From IMG/VR virus record IMGVR_UViG_3300042521_003679: a DNA stretch of 64,000 nucleotides; one strand, given 5' to 3'. Every line of letters begins with the position of its first letter. The stretch's first letter is position 1. Positions 9,743-18,800 of this stretch are shown here, one piece after another. The DNA is from an uncultured virus (IMG/VR IMGVR_UViG_3300042521_003679). Lineage: Duplodnaviria > Heunggongvirae > Uroviricota > Caudoviricetes. Made by a program: the position numbers and the translations under genes. The notes below the pieces were generated by a model. That model was not told the DNA's origin and ran no database searches. It was given only the letters and a program-made list of their open reading frames with translations.

Positions 9743-9824
9743 GGGGCCGAAGCCCCTCTCCCTAGCCACACCGCACCGCGCCAATCCTGACCACGGCTTG
9801 CCGCGCAACGACTGACCTTGCCAT
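9743..9824 (-). repeat. Pentamer-periodic NGGNN tract ending in a hairpin
   Basis: Minus strand tggca aggtc ... tggcg cggtg cggtg tggct aggga then GGGGC-TTCG-GCCCC. Confidence 0.6.
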
Positions 9825-9835
9825 AGGAACCCATC

Positions 9836-10432
9836 TTAGCCAACCATCGACAAAGTGACTTTAGCCCCTTGGTTCTGGTAGTGGCCGGAATAAGCCTCTT
9901 CCACGGCACCATCGAGCTGGTAAAGCATCACCTGCACAATTCCTTCGTTCGCATAGATGCGAGCGGGAAATGCCGTGGGATTGGCAATGTGCATGGTGAG
10001 ATGGCCAGCCCAGCCAGGTTCAATGGGCGTCACGTTGATGACGATGCCACAGCGAGCATAGGTGGACTTTCCATCGCATAGCCCCATGATGGACGGAGGC
10101 ATAGAAATCAATTCCAGGCTCACGCCAAGGCCAAAGCTATGGGGAGGCAGGACGAACCAACTTCCATGGGGACCATGATTCAGACAAGCTTCATAGCCAG
10201 TGATTGGCATGAGCTTAGGGTCAAGCGTTGGCTTGCTTTTCCCCTTGTAGTCTTTCCCGTCGAAAATCAGGAACTGGTCAGGCGACAGGCGAATGTCATA
10301 GCCTGCCTGGGAAAGGCCATACGAGATGGCCTTGGTTCCACAGTCAAGCGACCGTCGCTTTTCGCCTACGAAAGGAAGGAAGATGTCCAGCTCTGCGAGC
10401 TTGGCAATTTCCTTGTCGTAGAGCAGGCTCAT
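9836..10432 (-). CDS. dcd: dCTP deaminase
   Basis: ISYGLSQAGYDIRL, GKSTYARCG, TPIEPGW.G, IYANEGIVQ, YQNQ. Confidence 0.92.
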   Translation of the reverse strand: MSLLYDKEIAKLAELDIFLPFVGEKRRSLDCGTKAISYGLSQAGYDIRLSPDQFLIFDGKDYKGKSKPTLDPKLMPITGYEACLNHGPHGSWFVLPPHSFGLGVSLELISMPPSIMGLCDGKSTYARCGIVINVTPIEPGWAGHLTMHIANPTAFPARIYANEGIVQVMLYQLDGAVEEAYSGHYQNQGAKVTLSMVG

Positions 10433-10435
10433 GGC

Positions 10436-10687
10436 TCAGAAAAGGTCGTCAGAGCCGCCTTCACGATTGTCCCAAAGACTGGCATAGCCTTTGGCGCCTT
10501 CCTTCTGGCCTTTCACCTTGACAGAGCCAGTGAAGCCAGGGGCACGGTCGGAAGTCTTGCGCTCGTTCGGCCAGACAGCCATGTCGAGGGAATAGTTGCC
10601 GCGCTCGTTGGGGCCTGCTTCCTTAAGGGCCTTCAGAACGTCAACCGTGAGGTCGATAGCAGCAGTGATTGGAGGCTTTCCAGCCAT
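10436..10687 (-). CDS. Small SSB-like protein
   Basis: APGFTGSV motif, acidic-aromatic tail SDDLF; next to exonuclease. Confidence 0.55.
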   Translation of the reverse strand: MAGKPPITAAIDLTVDVLKALKEAGPNERGNYSLDMAVWPNERKTSDRAPGFTGSVKVKGQKEGAKGYASLWDNREGGSDDLF

Positions 10688-10734
10688 GGTGTTTCTCCTG
10701 AGGAGTGATGGAGCCCTTTGTGGGCCTGCCAATC

Positions 10735-11511
10735 TTACCCCCTATCCATGGTGAGCGCAAATGCCTTGCCTCCTGGGTAGTGGTCTTTGAAATATCTCTT
10801 AACAGTGTCTGCCGTGATGCGCTGCTGGTTGATCAGTTCAAAGCCGTCAAGGTGGACGAGCTGCAATGACGGCTCGCTTTCTTCGTTTTCGGGGTCGTAG
10901 CAGGCAATAACACACCATGCCTCATCAATGGGTTGCTGGTACATTTGCTCTACTGCCATGGAATAGGCACCTAGCTGCCGCTTGTAGTCGGCCAGTTGGT
11001 AATCAGGCTTCTCCTTGTAGCTGGTCTTCCAATCGACCAGAGCAATGGCGCCGCCGGTCATTTGCGCCACCATGTCGAGCGTGCCTGAGTAGCCAATGCC
11101 AAGGCCAGCGTCATACCAGGCCACGGCACTCTCCACTAGCAGCGGCTCTTGAATGCCCTCTAAGAATGGCTCTACTGCTTCAAAGTAGGGGCGCCAGTCG
11201 GGAGCTTTGTCAAGGTGGTGCTCAATATCTTCCCCATCGAAATGATCTTCCAGCACACCGTGCATCCAGGTGCCACGATTGGCTGCAAGGCGAGTGCGGC
11301 GATTGGCTTCATCAGCTCCCACACGCTTGCGCCAGTTAATCAGGGCCATCACCTTTGCCACAGGAGCCATGGCCGAAAGGAAGGTAGTGACGGAAGGCAG
11401 GACGATACCCTCCGGCACATTGGGAAACCCTTCGTTGATGTAGTGGCGTTTGCCGTTAAGGCTGATGCGCTTCGGCTCAAACTGCTCAAACGAAGGCACG
11501 GTGGCTGCCAA
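10735..11511 (-). CDS. PD-(D/E)XK exonuclease (Cas4/RecB-like)
   Basis: PSVTT, RGTWMH, YSGTLD, VDWKTS, QLGAY; TTG start at 11511 inferred. Confidence 0.88.
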   Translation of the reverse strand: MAATVPSFEQFEPKRISLNGKRHYINEGFPNVPEGIVLPSVTTFLSAMAPVAKVMALINWRKRVGADEANRRTRLAANRGTWMHGVLEDHFDGEDIEHHLDKAPDWRPYFEAVEPFLEGIQEPLLVESAVAWYDAGLGIGYSGTLDMVAQMTGGAIALVDWKTSYKEKPDYQLADYKRQLGAYSMAVEQMYQQPIDEAWCVIACYDPENEESEPSLQLVHLDGFELINQQRITADTVKRYFKDHYPGGKAFALTMDRG

Positions 11512-11539
11512 ACAAAGGTCTAGACAAGCCACTGTACCG

Positions 11540-11671
11540 TCAACGACTAGGAATGCAATAGCCGCCAGAGCTGTAGTAGCCAAGCGGGCAGGAGCCGTTT
11601 TTGATGATGGGCTGGTTGCAAGCTGCAGCAGTGATGGGCAAAAAGCAGAAGAAAATGAGAACGATTTTCAT
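11540..11671 (-). CDS. Small secreted/lipoprotein-like Cys peptide (43 aa), not in ORF track
   Basis: MKIVLIFFCFLPITAAACNQPIIKNGSCPLGYYSSGGYCIPSR*; ATGA overlap with upstream gene. Confidence 0.65.
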   Translation of the reverse strand: MKIVLIFFCFLPITAAACNQPIIKNGSCPLGYYSSGGYCIPSR

Positions 11672-11919
11672 GGTCGGGGAAACGAAAGACTTACTTTGGG
11701 GTGGTCAATGATCGCGCCAGTGTCACGGTCCCAAGTGGTGCCGCAGTCTGGGCATTGATAGGCATAGCCTTTGTCCGTCTCCCATGACGACAGGAGAATC
11801 ACGCGGCTGAACCATTTGGAGCCACCAAATAAATGGCGGCTTTCTTCTGGAATGGGCGTGTCGTGCCAGAGACTGCCGCATTCAGGACAGTGTTGCAGCT
11901 CATCAAAACGAGTCATCAC
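11668..11919 (-). CDS. Zinc-ribbon protein
   Basis: CPECG ... CPDCG. Confidence 0.75.
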   Translation of the reverse strand: MMTRFDELQHCPECGSLWHDTPIPEESRHLFGGSKWFSRVILLSSWETDKGYAYQCPDCGTTWDRDTGAIIDHPKVSLSFPRP

Positions 11920-12106
11920 AAAATCCTCTTAGGTCGATCGGCTCAAGAAGATGATTAACTTTGACGCGCTGAGTTATCCCGTCAAACTTGCGTTCATACC
12001 AGCGCCAAGAGCCTAGCCTGTTGACTGGACCCATCAAACTGTAGTGGCCAAGCACTGATGGCCATTCAAATCCTTGAACCCTAACCTGGATGGCTGCGTT
12101 AATCAC
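11903..12106 (-). CDS. Hypothetical protein
   Basis: Fills operon gap; GTG start inferred. Confidence 0.5.
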   Translation of the reverse strand: MINAAIQVRVQGFEWPSVLGHYSLMGPVNRLGSWRWYERKFDGITQRVKVNHLLEPIDLRGFCDDSF

Positions 12107-12446
12107 GGGGCATTGTCTCCAGTTCGTCAAAGGCACGGCGGACCAAGTCGTTCACCTCGGAAGACAAGCGTCCATCAGCAACAGCGGTGTCGATGGCAAG
12201 CAGCGCCTGTTCCCTTAGGCTTGGCTTCTTAGGACGGCGGGCGGCGCGGAGCTGTGCTCCCTTGGGTGCCAGAAGATACTCGTCAAGCCACTCACAACAG
12301 GCTTCTAGCTCTTGGTCAGCGCCAAGGCGAGACGCTAGCGATGCGATGGCAGACGCCTCTGCGATTGATACAGTAAGTCCGTTATTAATGATCCATTTTT
12401 TAATTATTGCCAATGATGGAGGGTTTATGGGATGAGAATGATTCAT
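12099..12446 (-). CDS. Small hypothetical protein, 'GADQELEACC / LRAARRPK' family
   Basis: Paralog of 340-741. Confidence 0.8.
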   Translation of the reverse strand: MNHSHPINPPSLAIIKKWIINNGLTVSIAEASAIASLASRLGADQELEACCEWLDEYLLAPKGAQLRAARRPKKPSLREQALLAIDTAVADGRLSSEVNDLVRRAFDELETMPRD

Positions 12447-12527
12447 AGCGTTCATCGAGAGGATTTCCGTCTTCGTCGCAGGCAATCAGGCCCGCAAAGC
12501 TTCTTGCAAGCCCGGCTGCTGCCCTAT

Positions 12528-13463
12528 CTACTTTTTTCCCTCCACATATGCCTTAGCCCATTCAATGGCAGCATCAGCTCCATCAAGACAAGCGGCACGC
12601 AGGCAATCAATTTCTTTTGCCATTGCCACCTTTGTAATCTTGATGCCTTCTTCCTTTGTCCATGAAGTGACCATGGTGCTGATGACATTGGCAAACATTT
12701 CAGCATCCTGAATGTCTTCGCCTTTTGCCAAGCCAAGGGCCTGCAGCGCATTCTTGCCCAGCATCAGGCTTGCACGCTCATCAGCTTTGCCGAGAGGATT
12801 GGCTTTGCAGAAAGTCAGCAATGCCTCTTTACCATTGAACCCTCCTTCAGAAATGCCACCAATATCCTCCTTGGGCGAAGGTGCAGCCGTTTTGGCCGCA
12901 GGGGCAGGCTTTGGGGCTTCTTGTTGAAGAGGCAGTGATGGGGCGTCATCTGCCTTGGGAACATCCTCCCCTGCGTAGAGCTTCAGACCAAGACCAGTGA
13001 AAGTGGCAATGCATTTAACGCTGGCACGTTGGATGTTGTCGCTCACTTGACGAGCATCCAGCTCCTTCACTGCGTTGTGTTTGTTGTCCATCACGGGGAA
13101 CACCAACGCAGGAGTGCGTCTAATGCCGTCCGTCAAATAAGGACGCAGCAGCCAGCAGCCCTCTCGGCCAAACACTGGCCAGCCAGCTTCCTTTTCTTCA
13201 AAGGCTACGAACACGCCAGGAAATTGTTCGTTAAGGTAGCGGAAGGCAAAAGGCCAAGACAGATAGGAGAGCCCTTTGTAGTTCTTCTCAACGTGATCGC
13301 CAATGGGAAGCTCGTAAGCTTTCTTAAAGGCTTCAGGAGAAATGTCAAGGGGCGAAAAATGGCCAAGCATGCGCTCAGTGAGCATGGCTTCGTTCACGGC
13401 AGTCACGGGAAGAGTCATGGAAGCAAAACTAGCAGGGTCGTAGGTGAGGAAGGAGTGGTTCAT
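12528..13463 (-). CDS. Sak/DUF1071-type single-strand annealing protein
   Basis: GLSYLSWPFA, PVMDNKH, IQRASVKCIA..GLGLKLYAGED. Confidence 0.85.
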   Translation of the reverse strand: MNHSFLTYDPASFASMTLPVTAVNEAMLTERMLGHFSPLDISPEAFKKAYELPIGDHVEKNYKGLSYLSWPFAFRYLNEQFPGVFVAFEEKEAGWPVFGREGCWLLRPYLTDGIRRTPALVFPVMDNKHNAVKELDARQVSDNIQRASVKCIATFTGLGLKLYAGEDVPKADDAPSLPLQQEAPKPAPAAKTAAPSPKEDIGGISEGGFNGKEALLTFCKANPLGKADERASLMLGKNALQALGLAKGEDIQDAEMFANVISTMVTSWTKEEGIKITKVAMAKEIDCLRAACLDGADAAIEWAKAYVEGKK

Positions 13464-13723
13464 TTGACAATGGACGAGTCGAGCTTGTAATGATTGTCAT
13501 AGAAAATGACAAGCTTCTTGGGCTTTTCGCCTTCATAAGTGGTCAGGCTCGTACCAGGAAGAGGCCAATCTTCCACAATTCGCACATCGCTAATGCCTTC
13601 AGTGGAAGCCTCTTCATAACCCTCATCAATAGCCGTTTCTTCAAAGCAGAGAAGAATGGGCATGTCGGGGCCATGCTGGGCCTCAGCCTTGGCAAGGATT
13701 TCGCGCAGTTCGGAAACATTCAT
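13460..13723 (-). CDS. Hypothetical protein (tandem paralog A)
   Basis: MNVSELREIL...GPDMPI...LVIFYDN. Confidence 0.7.
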   Translation of the reverse strand: MNVSELREILAKAEAQHGPDMPILLCFEETAIDEGYEEASTEGISDVRIVEDWPLPGTSLTTYEGEKPKKLVIFYDNHYKLDSSIVK

Positions 13724-13986
13724 TTGTCGTTATAAAAGATGGTAAGGAATTTGTCGTCGAGGGTGGAAGAGCGATCGCTTGAGAGATCGATGCCAGGCAA
13801 GTTCTCCGCTGATGAACCTGCGTAAGAACTCATCACTCGCAAGGACACGCTCATGAGGTCTTCAGCTCTGCCCAGTTCGTAGCAGTATTCAGCAGAATAC
13901 GCCCCAACAGGCATGTCGCCAAATTCTGCAACGCATTGCTCTAGCAGGAGAATCATCTCCGAAACAAAGAGAGTTTTAGTTTCCAT
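13720..13986 (-). CDS. Hypothetical protein (tandem paralog B)
   Basis: LFVSEMILLL...GDMPV...LTIFYND. Confidence 0.7.
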   Translation of the reverse strand: METKTLFVSEMILLLEQCVAEFGDMPVGAYSAEYCYELGRAEDLMSVSLRVMSSYAGSSAENLPGIDLSSDRSSTLDDKFLTIFYNDK

Positions 13987-14200
13987 GGTCTCCGGGAATG
14001 GAATGGTCGATGATGCTGGGCCACACTTCGTCTTTAAGGATGTCCGCCTCGTAGAAGCTGAAGCCCCGAAGAATCCGCTCCACGGCTTCGGACTTGCTAA
14101 GTTGGGCGGCGCTTGAAATGGCCGAAAGGTGGGCATAGGCTTGGTCAGAGAGGGTAAGGTGGCGGCGGCGCTTGCCGCCTTCATAAAGGCTGATGGGCAT
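13976..14200 (-). CDS. Ribbon-helix-helix-like regulator
   Basis: KRRRHLTLSDQAYAHL...LSKSEAVERILR; first gene of leftward operon. Confidence 0.65.
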   Translation of the reverse strand: MPISLYEGGKRRRHLTLSDQAYAHLSAISSAAQLSKSEAVERILRGFSFYEADILKDEVWPSIIDHSIPGDHGN

Positions 14201-14339
14201 GGTTTTGTCGAGGGCTTCCCGAGCATAGGCCCACAAAGCCCTCCTGCAAGCCCTTTCAACCATTAGCTTTTCTTATGGCCCACAAGCCTTGCGGCAGCAG
14301 GCTCGCGATGGCATGATGGTCTGATTCCTCCCATGCTGC

Positions 14340-16322
14340 ATGGCCTTTAACATCCTCGACTTCCTCGAGCAACTCGAGCCCAGCAACGAGAAGGGCAAGT
14401 TTGTCTGCCCCGCATGCGGCGGCAACGACTTCACGGTGAACAAGACCACAGGCGGCTACAACTGCTGGCACGACCCCAGCTCCGCTCACAGGGCCGACAT
14501 CCGCAATGTGCTGGCTCCAATGGTGCGATGGGAAAAGCCCTACAGGGAGACTGGCTCGCATCACTTCCCTTACTACAACAAACAGCGCGAAGAAATCGTT
14601 CGGGTGCATCGAGACGATTCGAGCGGCTCAAAACGCATCTGGCAAGAATTTCCCACCATCCCATCGGACGCCACCAACCAAAAGGCGCTCTTGCAGGAGA
14701 TGAAAGCCGGCATTTTGCCGTACAAATATTCGGAAGCCGTTGAGGAGAGTCAGAAGACTGGCCTGCCCATCGTTGTCGTTGAAGGTGAACTCACCTGCGA
14801 AGCCTGCTGGGCTATTGGCCTGCCTGCTGTCACCTTCCTTGGCGGATCGAAACAATATCGCACCAACGGCGACTACAGCCAGCTTTTCAAGGGACAGAAG
14901 ATTGTCCTGGCTCCCGACAGGGATGAACAAGGCGTGGCCTTCATGGCAGAAATCGCCAATGACAATCCTGGAGCATCGTGGCTGTATGCCGATCCGCGTT
15001 CGTGGGAATGGGACAATCTCCCGCCCGGAAATGGCTATGACTTAGCTGATTACATTGAAGAAGGCGCCACAAAAGATGAACTGCTTTCTTCCATTGTCAC
15101 CAAGAGCCGCCACAAGAATCAAGACGGCAAGCCCTCTTACGAGGAGATTATCTCCACGGTAGAAAATTTTGTTGGCCTCTACGCCAATGATGCTCGCATT
15201 GCTTACGAAACCAGCTCATGGTTGGAGCAGCGTGCAGTGAAGATGAATCAGCAAAACATTGACAAGATCATTGAAGAAGCAAAAGGACGCATATATGGCA
15301 GGGAGGAAATTGAAACCATTGATGCCCTGACCATTGCCAACTCTGACAAAGCTCGCGACTGGCTGATTGCTGGCATCATGCCGCTCGGCACTGTGATGCT
15401 GCTAGCAGCTTCTGGCGGCACCGGCAAGAGCACTGTCGCCTACAACTGGGCACTGCACATTGCTCTCGGCACTCCATGGTCAGGACGACGGTGCATGAAG
15501 GGCAAGAGCCTCATCATTCAAAGCGATGAGCCTCTGGTGGATACCAGCGAGAAGCTTGGCGTGATTGGCTACGAAGATGCTGGCCTGGATCCTGGCACCA
15601 TTGCATTTTGGGAAACTTGGCGCTTTGCTCACATGCGACAGTTGGAAGATTACGTTCGCAAGCATCGCCCTTTGTTTATCACCATTGACTCCCTTACTGC
15701 TTGCCTTGCTGGCATGGACGTGGATTTGATTAAGAGTAATGCTGGCGACGTTATTTATGGCCTGCGCGATATTGCCAACACCTACAAATGTTCCATCCTC
15801 ATCCTTCACCATTTGAACAAAAGCGGAGGACTTCGTGACTCGACGAGCTTTGTTGACAACGTTAGTGAAGTGGTGAAACTTACCAAGCCTGAAAATAATT
15901 TTGATGGCAGCCAGTTCCATCTTGAATGGCTTAAGAGCAGGAGCGGCCTCACTGGCAAGCACATGCTTCGCAGGGATGCATTGAACTATGGCTGGGAATA
16001 TGCTGGCCCTCTCGGTGGAAGCCTGGAAGAGCTTGATCGCGTGGTCAACACCATCAACATGCGCAAGCACGAACGCTTCACCAAGCAACAAGCAGCAGCA
16101 ATGGCAGGAGCATTTGACATTGCTGGCACGAGCAAGATGCTGGAAGTGGCCAGAAGGCAAGGCTTGATCACCAGCAGTTTTGAAAATGGTCCCAATGGAG
16201 AAAAGCAGCGAGTGTACCATTCCTGGGAATACCAAGAGCCCGACCTTGATTTCGAGAGCAATCACTCCCCTGCCGCCCCTGCAAAAGAGAGCGACAACTC
16301 CCTTGACGACGAATTCTTTTGA
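14340..16322 (+). CDS. Primase-helicase (Zn finger, TOPRIM, AAA_25/RecA-like)
   Basis: CPACG; VVEGE; APDRD; Walker A ASGGTGKS; ITIDSL; ILHH. Confidence 0.92.
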   Translation: MAFNILDFLEQLEPSNEKGKFVCPACGGNDFTVNKTTGGYNCWHDPSSAHRADIRNVLAPMVRWEKPYRETGSHHFPYYNKQREEIVRVHRDDSSGSKRIWQEFPTIPSDATNQKALLQEMKAGILPYKYSEAVEESQKTGLPIVVVEGELTCEACWAIGLPAVTFLGGSKQYRTNGDYSQLFKGQKIVLAPDRDEQGVAFMAEIANDNPGASWLYADPRSWEWDNLPPGNGYDLADYIEEGATKDELLSSIVTKSRHKNQDGKPSYEEIISTVENFVGLYANDARIAYETSSWLEQRAVKMNQQNIDKIIEEAKGRIYGREEIETIDALTIANSDKARDWLIAGIMPLGTVMLLAASGGTGKSTVAYNWALHIALGTPWSGRRCMKGKSLIIQSDEPLVDTSEKLGVIGYEDAGLDPGTIAFWETWRFAHMRQLEDYVRKHRPLFITIDSLTACLAGMDVDLIKSNAGDVIYGLRDIANTYKCSILILHHLNKSGGLRDSTSFVDNVSEVVKLTKPENNFDGSQFHLEWLKSRSGLTGKHMLRRDALNYGWEYAGPLGGSLEELDRVVNTINMRKHERFTKQQAAAMAGAFDIAGTSKMLEVARRQGLITSSFENGPNGEKQRVYHSWEYQEPDLDFESNHSPAAPAKESDNSLDDEFF

Positions 16323-16361
16323 GGAGATCGTGGCTGGCCTATAATTATGGCTAGTTCATAG

Positions 16362-16553
16362 TTGGCAATAATGAAAATCATTTGGGCGGACCACGATCCT
16401 TCTTGGGGGGTTTCTAACCCTGCTTGGGATGAGCCCTCTTGGGAAGAAACAAAGGCTGAAGCAGCAAAGGCCAAAGAATCTTCCCCATCGGAAATCACGG
16501 AAGAAGCCGCCCAAGAAAAAAGCTCCTGGAAGGAGCCAAAAGGATTCGGTTGA
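16362..16553 (+). CDS. Hypothetical protein
   Basis: 63-aa ORF ending PKGFG. Confidence 0.5.
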   Translation: MAIMKIIWADHDPSWGVSNPAWDEPSWEETKAEAAKAKESSPSEITEEAAQEKSSWKEPKGFG

Positions 16554-16687
16554 TTGTTTATTGCCTACGGATAGCAATAGCCTGTGTGACTAAAAAGAGC
16601 CTGATAGAGACAGAACGCTAGAAACAGCGCGGATGCCACCTTTTTGGTGATGTCAACAAAATGGTTTTTCATAAGTTGATCGGACTA

Positions 16688-16921
16688 CTAGTCAGGAAAA
16701 CATTCTGCAACTGTGATGTCTCGATCCATTTGATCCGCGTGGTAAACGCAGGCGTGACTGGGCCAACGCAGGACATTTGATCGAACCTCTTCGACTTCAA
16801 TCGATGGTCGTTCGTCTTGAGCGATAGATAAACCAATGTCTTCAGCATCGTAATCATCATCGGCTACGACGTAACCGCGATACTGAAGCGTGACCAGAAA
16901 GATCTTCTTGTTGTTTTCCAT
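16688..16921 (-). CDS. Hypothetical protein
   Basis: Last gene of a leftward small-ORF array. Confidence 0.7.
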   Translation of the reverse strand: MENNKKIFLVTLQYRGYVVADDDYDAEDIGLSIAQDERPSIEVEEVRSNVLRWPSHACVYHADQMDRDITVAECFPD

Positions 16922-16941
16922 GAGGAAGGTAGTGATGTTGA

Positions 16942-17184
16942 TTACTGGGCTTCAAGCTCGTCAGCGATGGCAAGGAACTTGCGGCGAACGGCCTGTAAAT
17001 TGAGACGGATTGCCTCATTGGTATAGGTCTCGTACTCGCTTAAGTTTTCGGGCACCACCTGATCCGCAGCAGCTCGCAGGGCGGCGGCGGCAAAGCCTCG
17101 TGCTACTAGCCGAAACGGAGAGTCTGGGTCGGGGCAGCCACAGGCGGCCAGCACCGCCTGCGCGGCGGGGGAGAGGTTAGTCAT
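16942..17184 (-). CDS. 'LSPAAQAV / AAALR' family protein
   Basis: Paralog of 756-977; both end EAQ*. Confidence 0.8.
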   Translation of the reverse strand: MTNLSPAAQAVLAACGCPDPDSPFRLVARGFAAAALRAAADQVVPENLSEYETYTNEAIRLNLQAVRRKFLAIADELEAQ

Positions 17185-17426
17185 CGTAACTCCAGTACAG
17201 AACGAGCAATGTCAAGAAAAGTTTCTGGACTAAGGTAGTTCCAGTTGCTTTTGTTAAAGAGTTCAACTAGCTCTTCATCCGTCGGTTTCTGCGGCTCGGG
17301 CTGAACCAGGGCGGCTTGAGCGCGGGTCATTGCATCCGAACAGTACCCTTCCTTCAACTCCCAGGACCTGTAATGGCAACAAAGCTCTTGTAGCAACTCA
17401 GCGCACAGCGCTCGAAAGTCAGTCAT
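17181..17426 (-). CDS. 'MTDFRALCAEL / PEPQxPTDEE' family protein
   Basis: Shares PEPQxPTDEE block with 17637-17924. Confidence 0.75.
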   Translation of the reverse strand: MTDFRALCAELLQELCCHYRSWELKEGYCSDAMTRAQAALVQPEPQKPTDEELVELFNKSNWNYLSPETFLDIARSVLELR

Positions 17427-17640
17427 TGGGCAGAGCCTCCAGTTCAGCGGCGATGGCGTGAATATCACGATGAAGCTCCCACATTTCAACGCTCCACTTA
17501 ACGTTGATTAATTGATCCGCAACAACTCTAAGGGCGGCGGAGAGACCGTATAGGTCTTCTCCGTCAAGCGCGGCGTCACGAGCTTTCGAGCAGGCATCCA
17601 GCACCGCCTGTGCAGCGGGGGACAATGAATCGTTAGTCAT
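17419..17640 (-). CDS. 'LSPAAQAV / AAALR' family protein
   Basis: Third paralog. Confidence 0.8.
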   Translation of the reverse strand: MTNDSLSPAAQAVLDACSKARDAALDGEDLYGLSAALRVVADQLINVKWSVEMWELHRDIHAIAAELEALPND

Positions 17641-17924
17641 TGGCACCCCCAGCGGCGCAAGGCTGCGCGGATTGTGTCTCTTACTTCAGAATACAACGCG
17701 AAATACTCGCCCACATCGTCCCATAGTTGGTCAATTTCCTCATCCGTCGGCCCCTGCGGCTCGGGCTTGGTGTTCTGCTTCAGGAACTCCACCATCAAGC
17801 GATGGGCTTCACCAGCGTCAGCAATAAACTGGCCCCGATAGTGGAAGCCTTCTTTGTCGAGGCGAAGCACTTCTTCCGTTGGTGGAGAGTTGAACGTGAT
17901 GCAGTTGGTGAGTTGGTCAGTCAT
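17637..17924 (-). CDS. Hypothetical protein with PEPQGPTDEE module
   Basis: ATGA-coupled; shared module. Confidence 0.75.
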   Translation of the reverse strand: MTDQLTNCITFNSPPTEEVLRLDKEGFHYRGQFIADAGEAHRLMVEFLKQNTKPEPQGPTDEEIDQLWDDVGEYFALYSEVRDTIRAALRRWGCQ

Positions 17925-18007
17925 TAGTCTCTTTCTCTAAGCAGTGGCGATGATATAGGTGATGCAGATGAAAAGGACAATAATGACCAAGGCTTCCCAG
18001 GGTCCCA

Positions 18008-18142
18008 TCACTTGCCCTCCTTCCACTTGGCAGCATCACGCTCAGTTTGGCAGTTCTTGTCTTTGCCATAGAGCCATGCGGCAGTGCTCTGGCCGGGCTT
18101 CGGGCCGTTACGAGGAAGCTTGATCAAACGAGGTTCAGGCAT
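18008..18142 (-). CDS. Small hypothetical protein (44 aa)
   Basis: MPEPRLIKLPRNGPKPGQSTAAWLYGK...*; head of leftward array. Confidence 0.5.
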   Translation of the reverse strand: MPEPRLIKLPRNGPKPGQSTAAWLYGKDKNCQTERDAAKWKEGK

Positions 18143-18459
18143 GGTTGGTTGAGAGGCTCGCTCATTGTACACCCGCGTCAACATCCTCTCGAACGCTGTG
18201 CCAATTAAACAACTGTCACAAGCCCGCTTGACTTAAGTATTACAATCGTCCCGTGGCTGCTCTCCGGCATCTACGCGCCTGGGGACACCAGCCCGTTTCA
18301 GTCCCTGCGGCGCTTCTGGCCAAGGAGATCAATGGGAGGAAAATTTAGTTGGATTCTTAATAACCGTCTGTTATTGAGAATGCAAGTATCCTTCGCAAGC
18401 GCCATCGCGCGGGAGGCCCCCAGGCCGACCTTGTTCATGGCGCTTTAATTTCCTTTCCA

Positions 18460-18487
18460 TTGACTTCTTCTGAAAAATGACTATTGT
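18460..18487 (+). promoter_or_regulatory. Sigma70-type promoter
   Basis: TTGACT-N16-TATTGT upstream of 18558. Confidence 0.55.
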
Positions 18488-18557
18488 GGGAAGGCCGCTC
18501 GCGCAGGCGAGCCCTAGCGAGCTTGTTCAAGCGGCCTGTAGTTAATCTTCTTGATCA

Positions 18558-18800
18558 ATGCCCACAGCTCCTCTCGCTCCAGACAGACTCCCTCTGCTCG
18601 AGCACAATGGAACAACGATCGAGGTGTACCAGCACCATGGTTATTCCAGGCCCGACAGAGGCCCCCTGCCTCCCAGCAGAATCCTTTACGCTGCTCGTGA
18701 TCAAAATAACGAGCGCCATTGGAGAGGAAGCCTTGATGAAATCGAAAGCTTGATTGACCGAGGCTTTGTCGTGGCAACGATTAGCGGAGGCAGTCTGTGA
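18558..18800 (+). CDS. Hypothetical protein
   Basis: ATG ORF after promoter. Confidence 0.65.
   Translation: MPTAPLAPDRLPLLEHNGTTIEVYQHHGYSRPDRGPLPPSRILYAARDQNNERHWRGSLDEIESLIDRGFVVATISGGSL

Noticed and set aside
10735..11511. Cas4 as part of a CRISPR system
   Set aside because: Sits with Sak-like and SSB-like genes; ordinary phage recombination exonuclease
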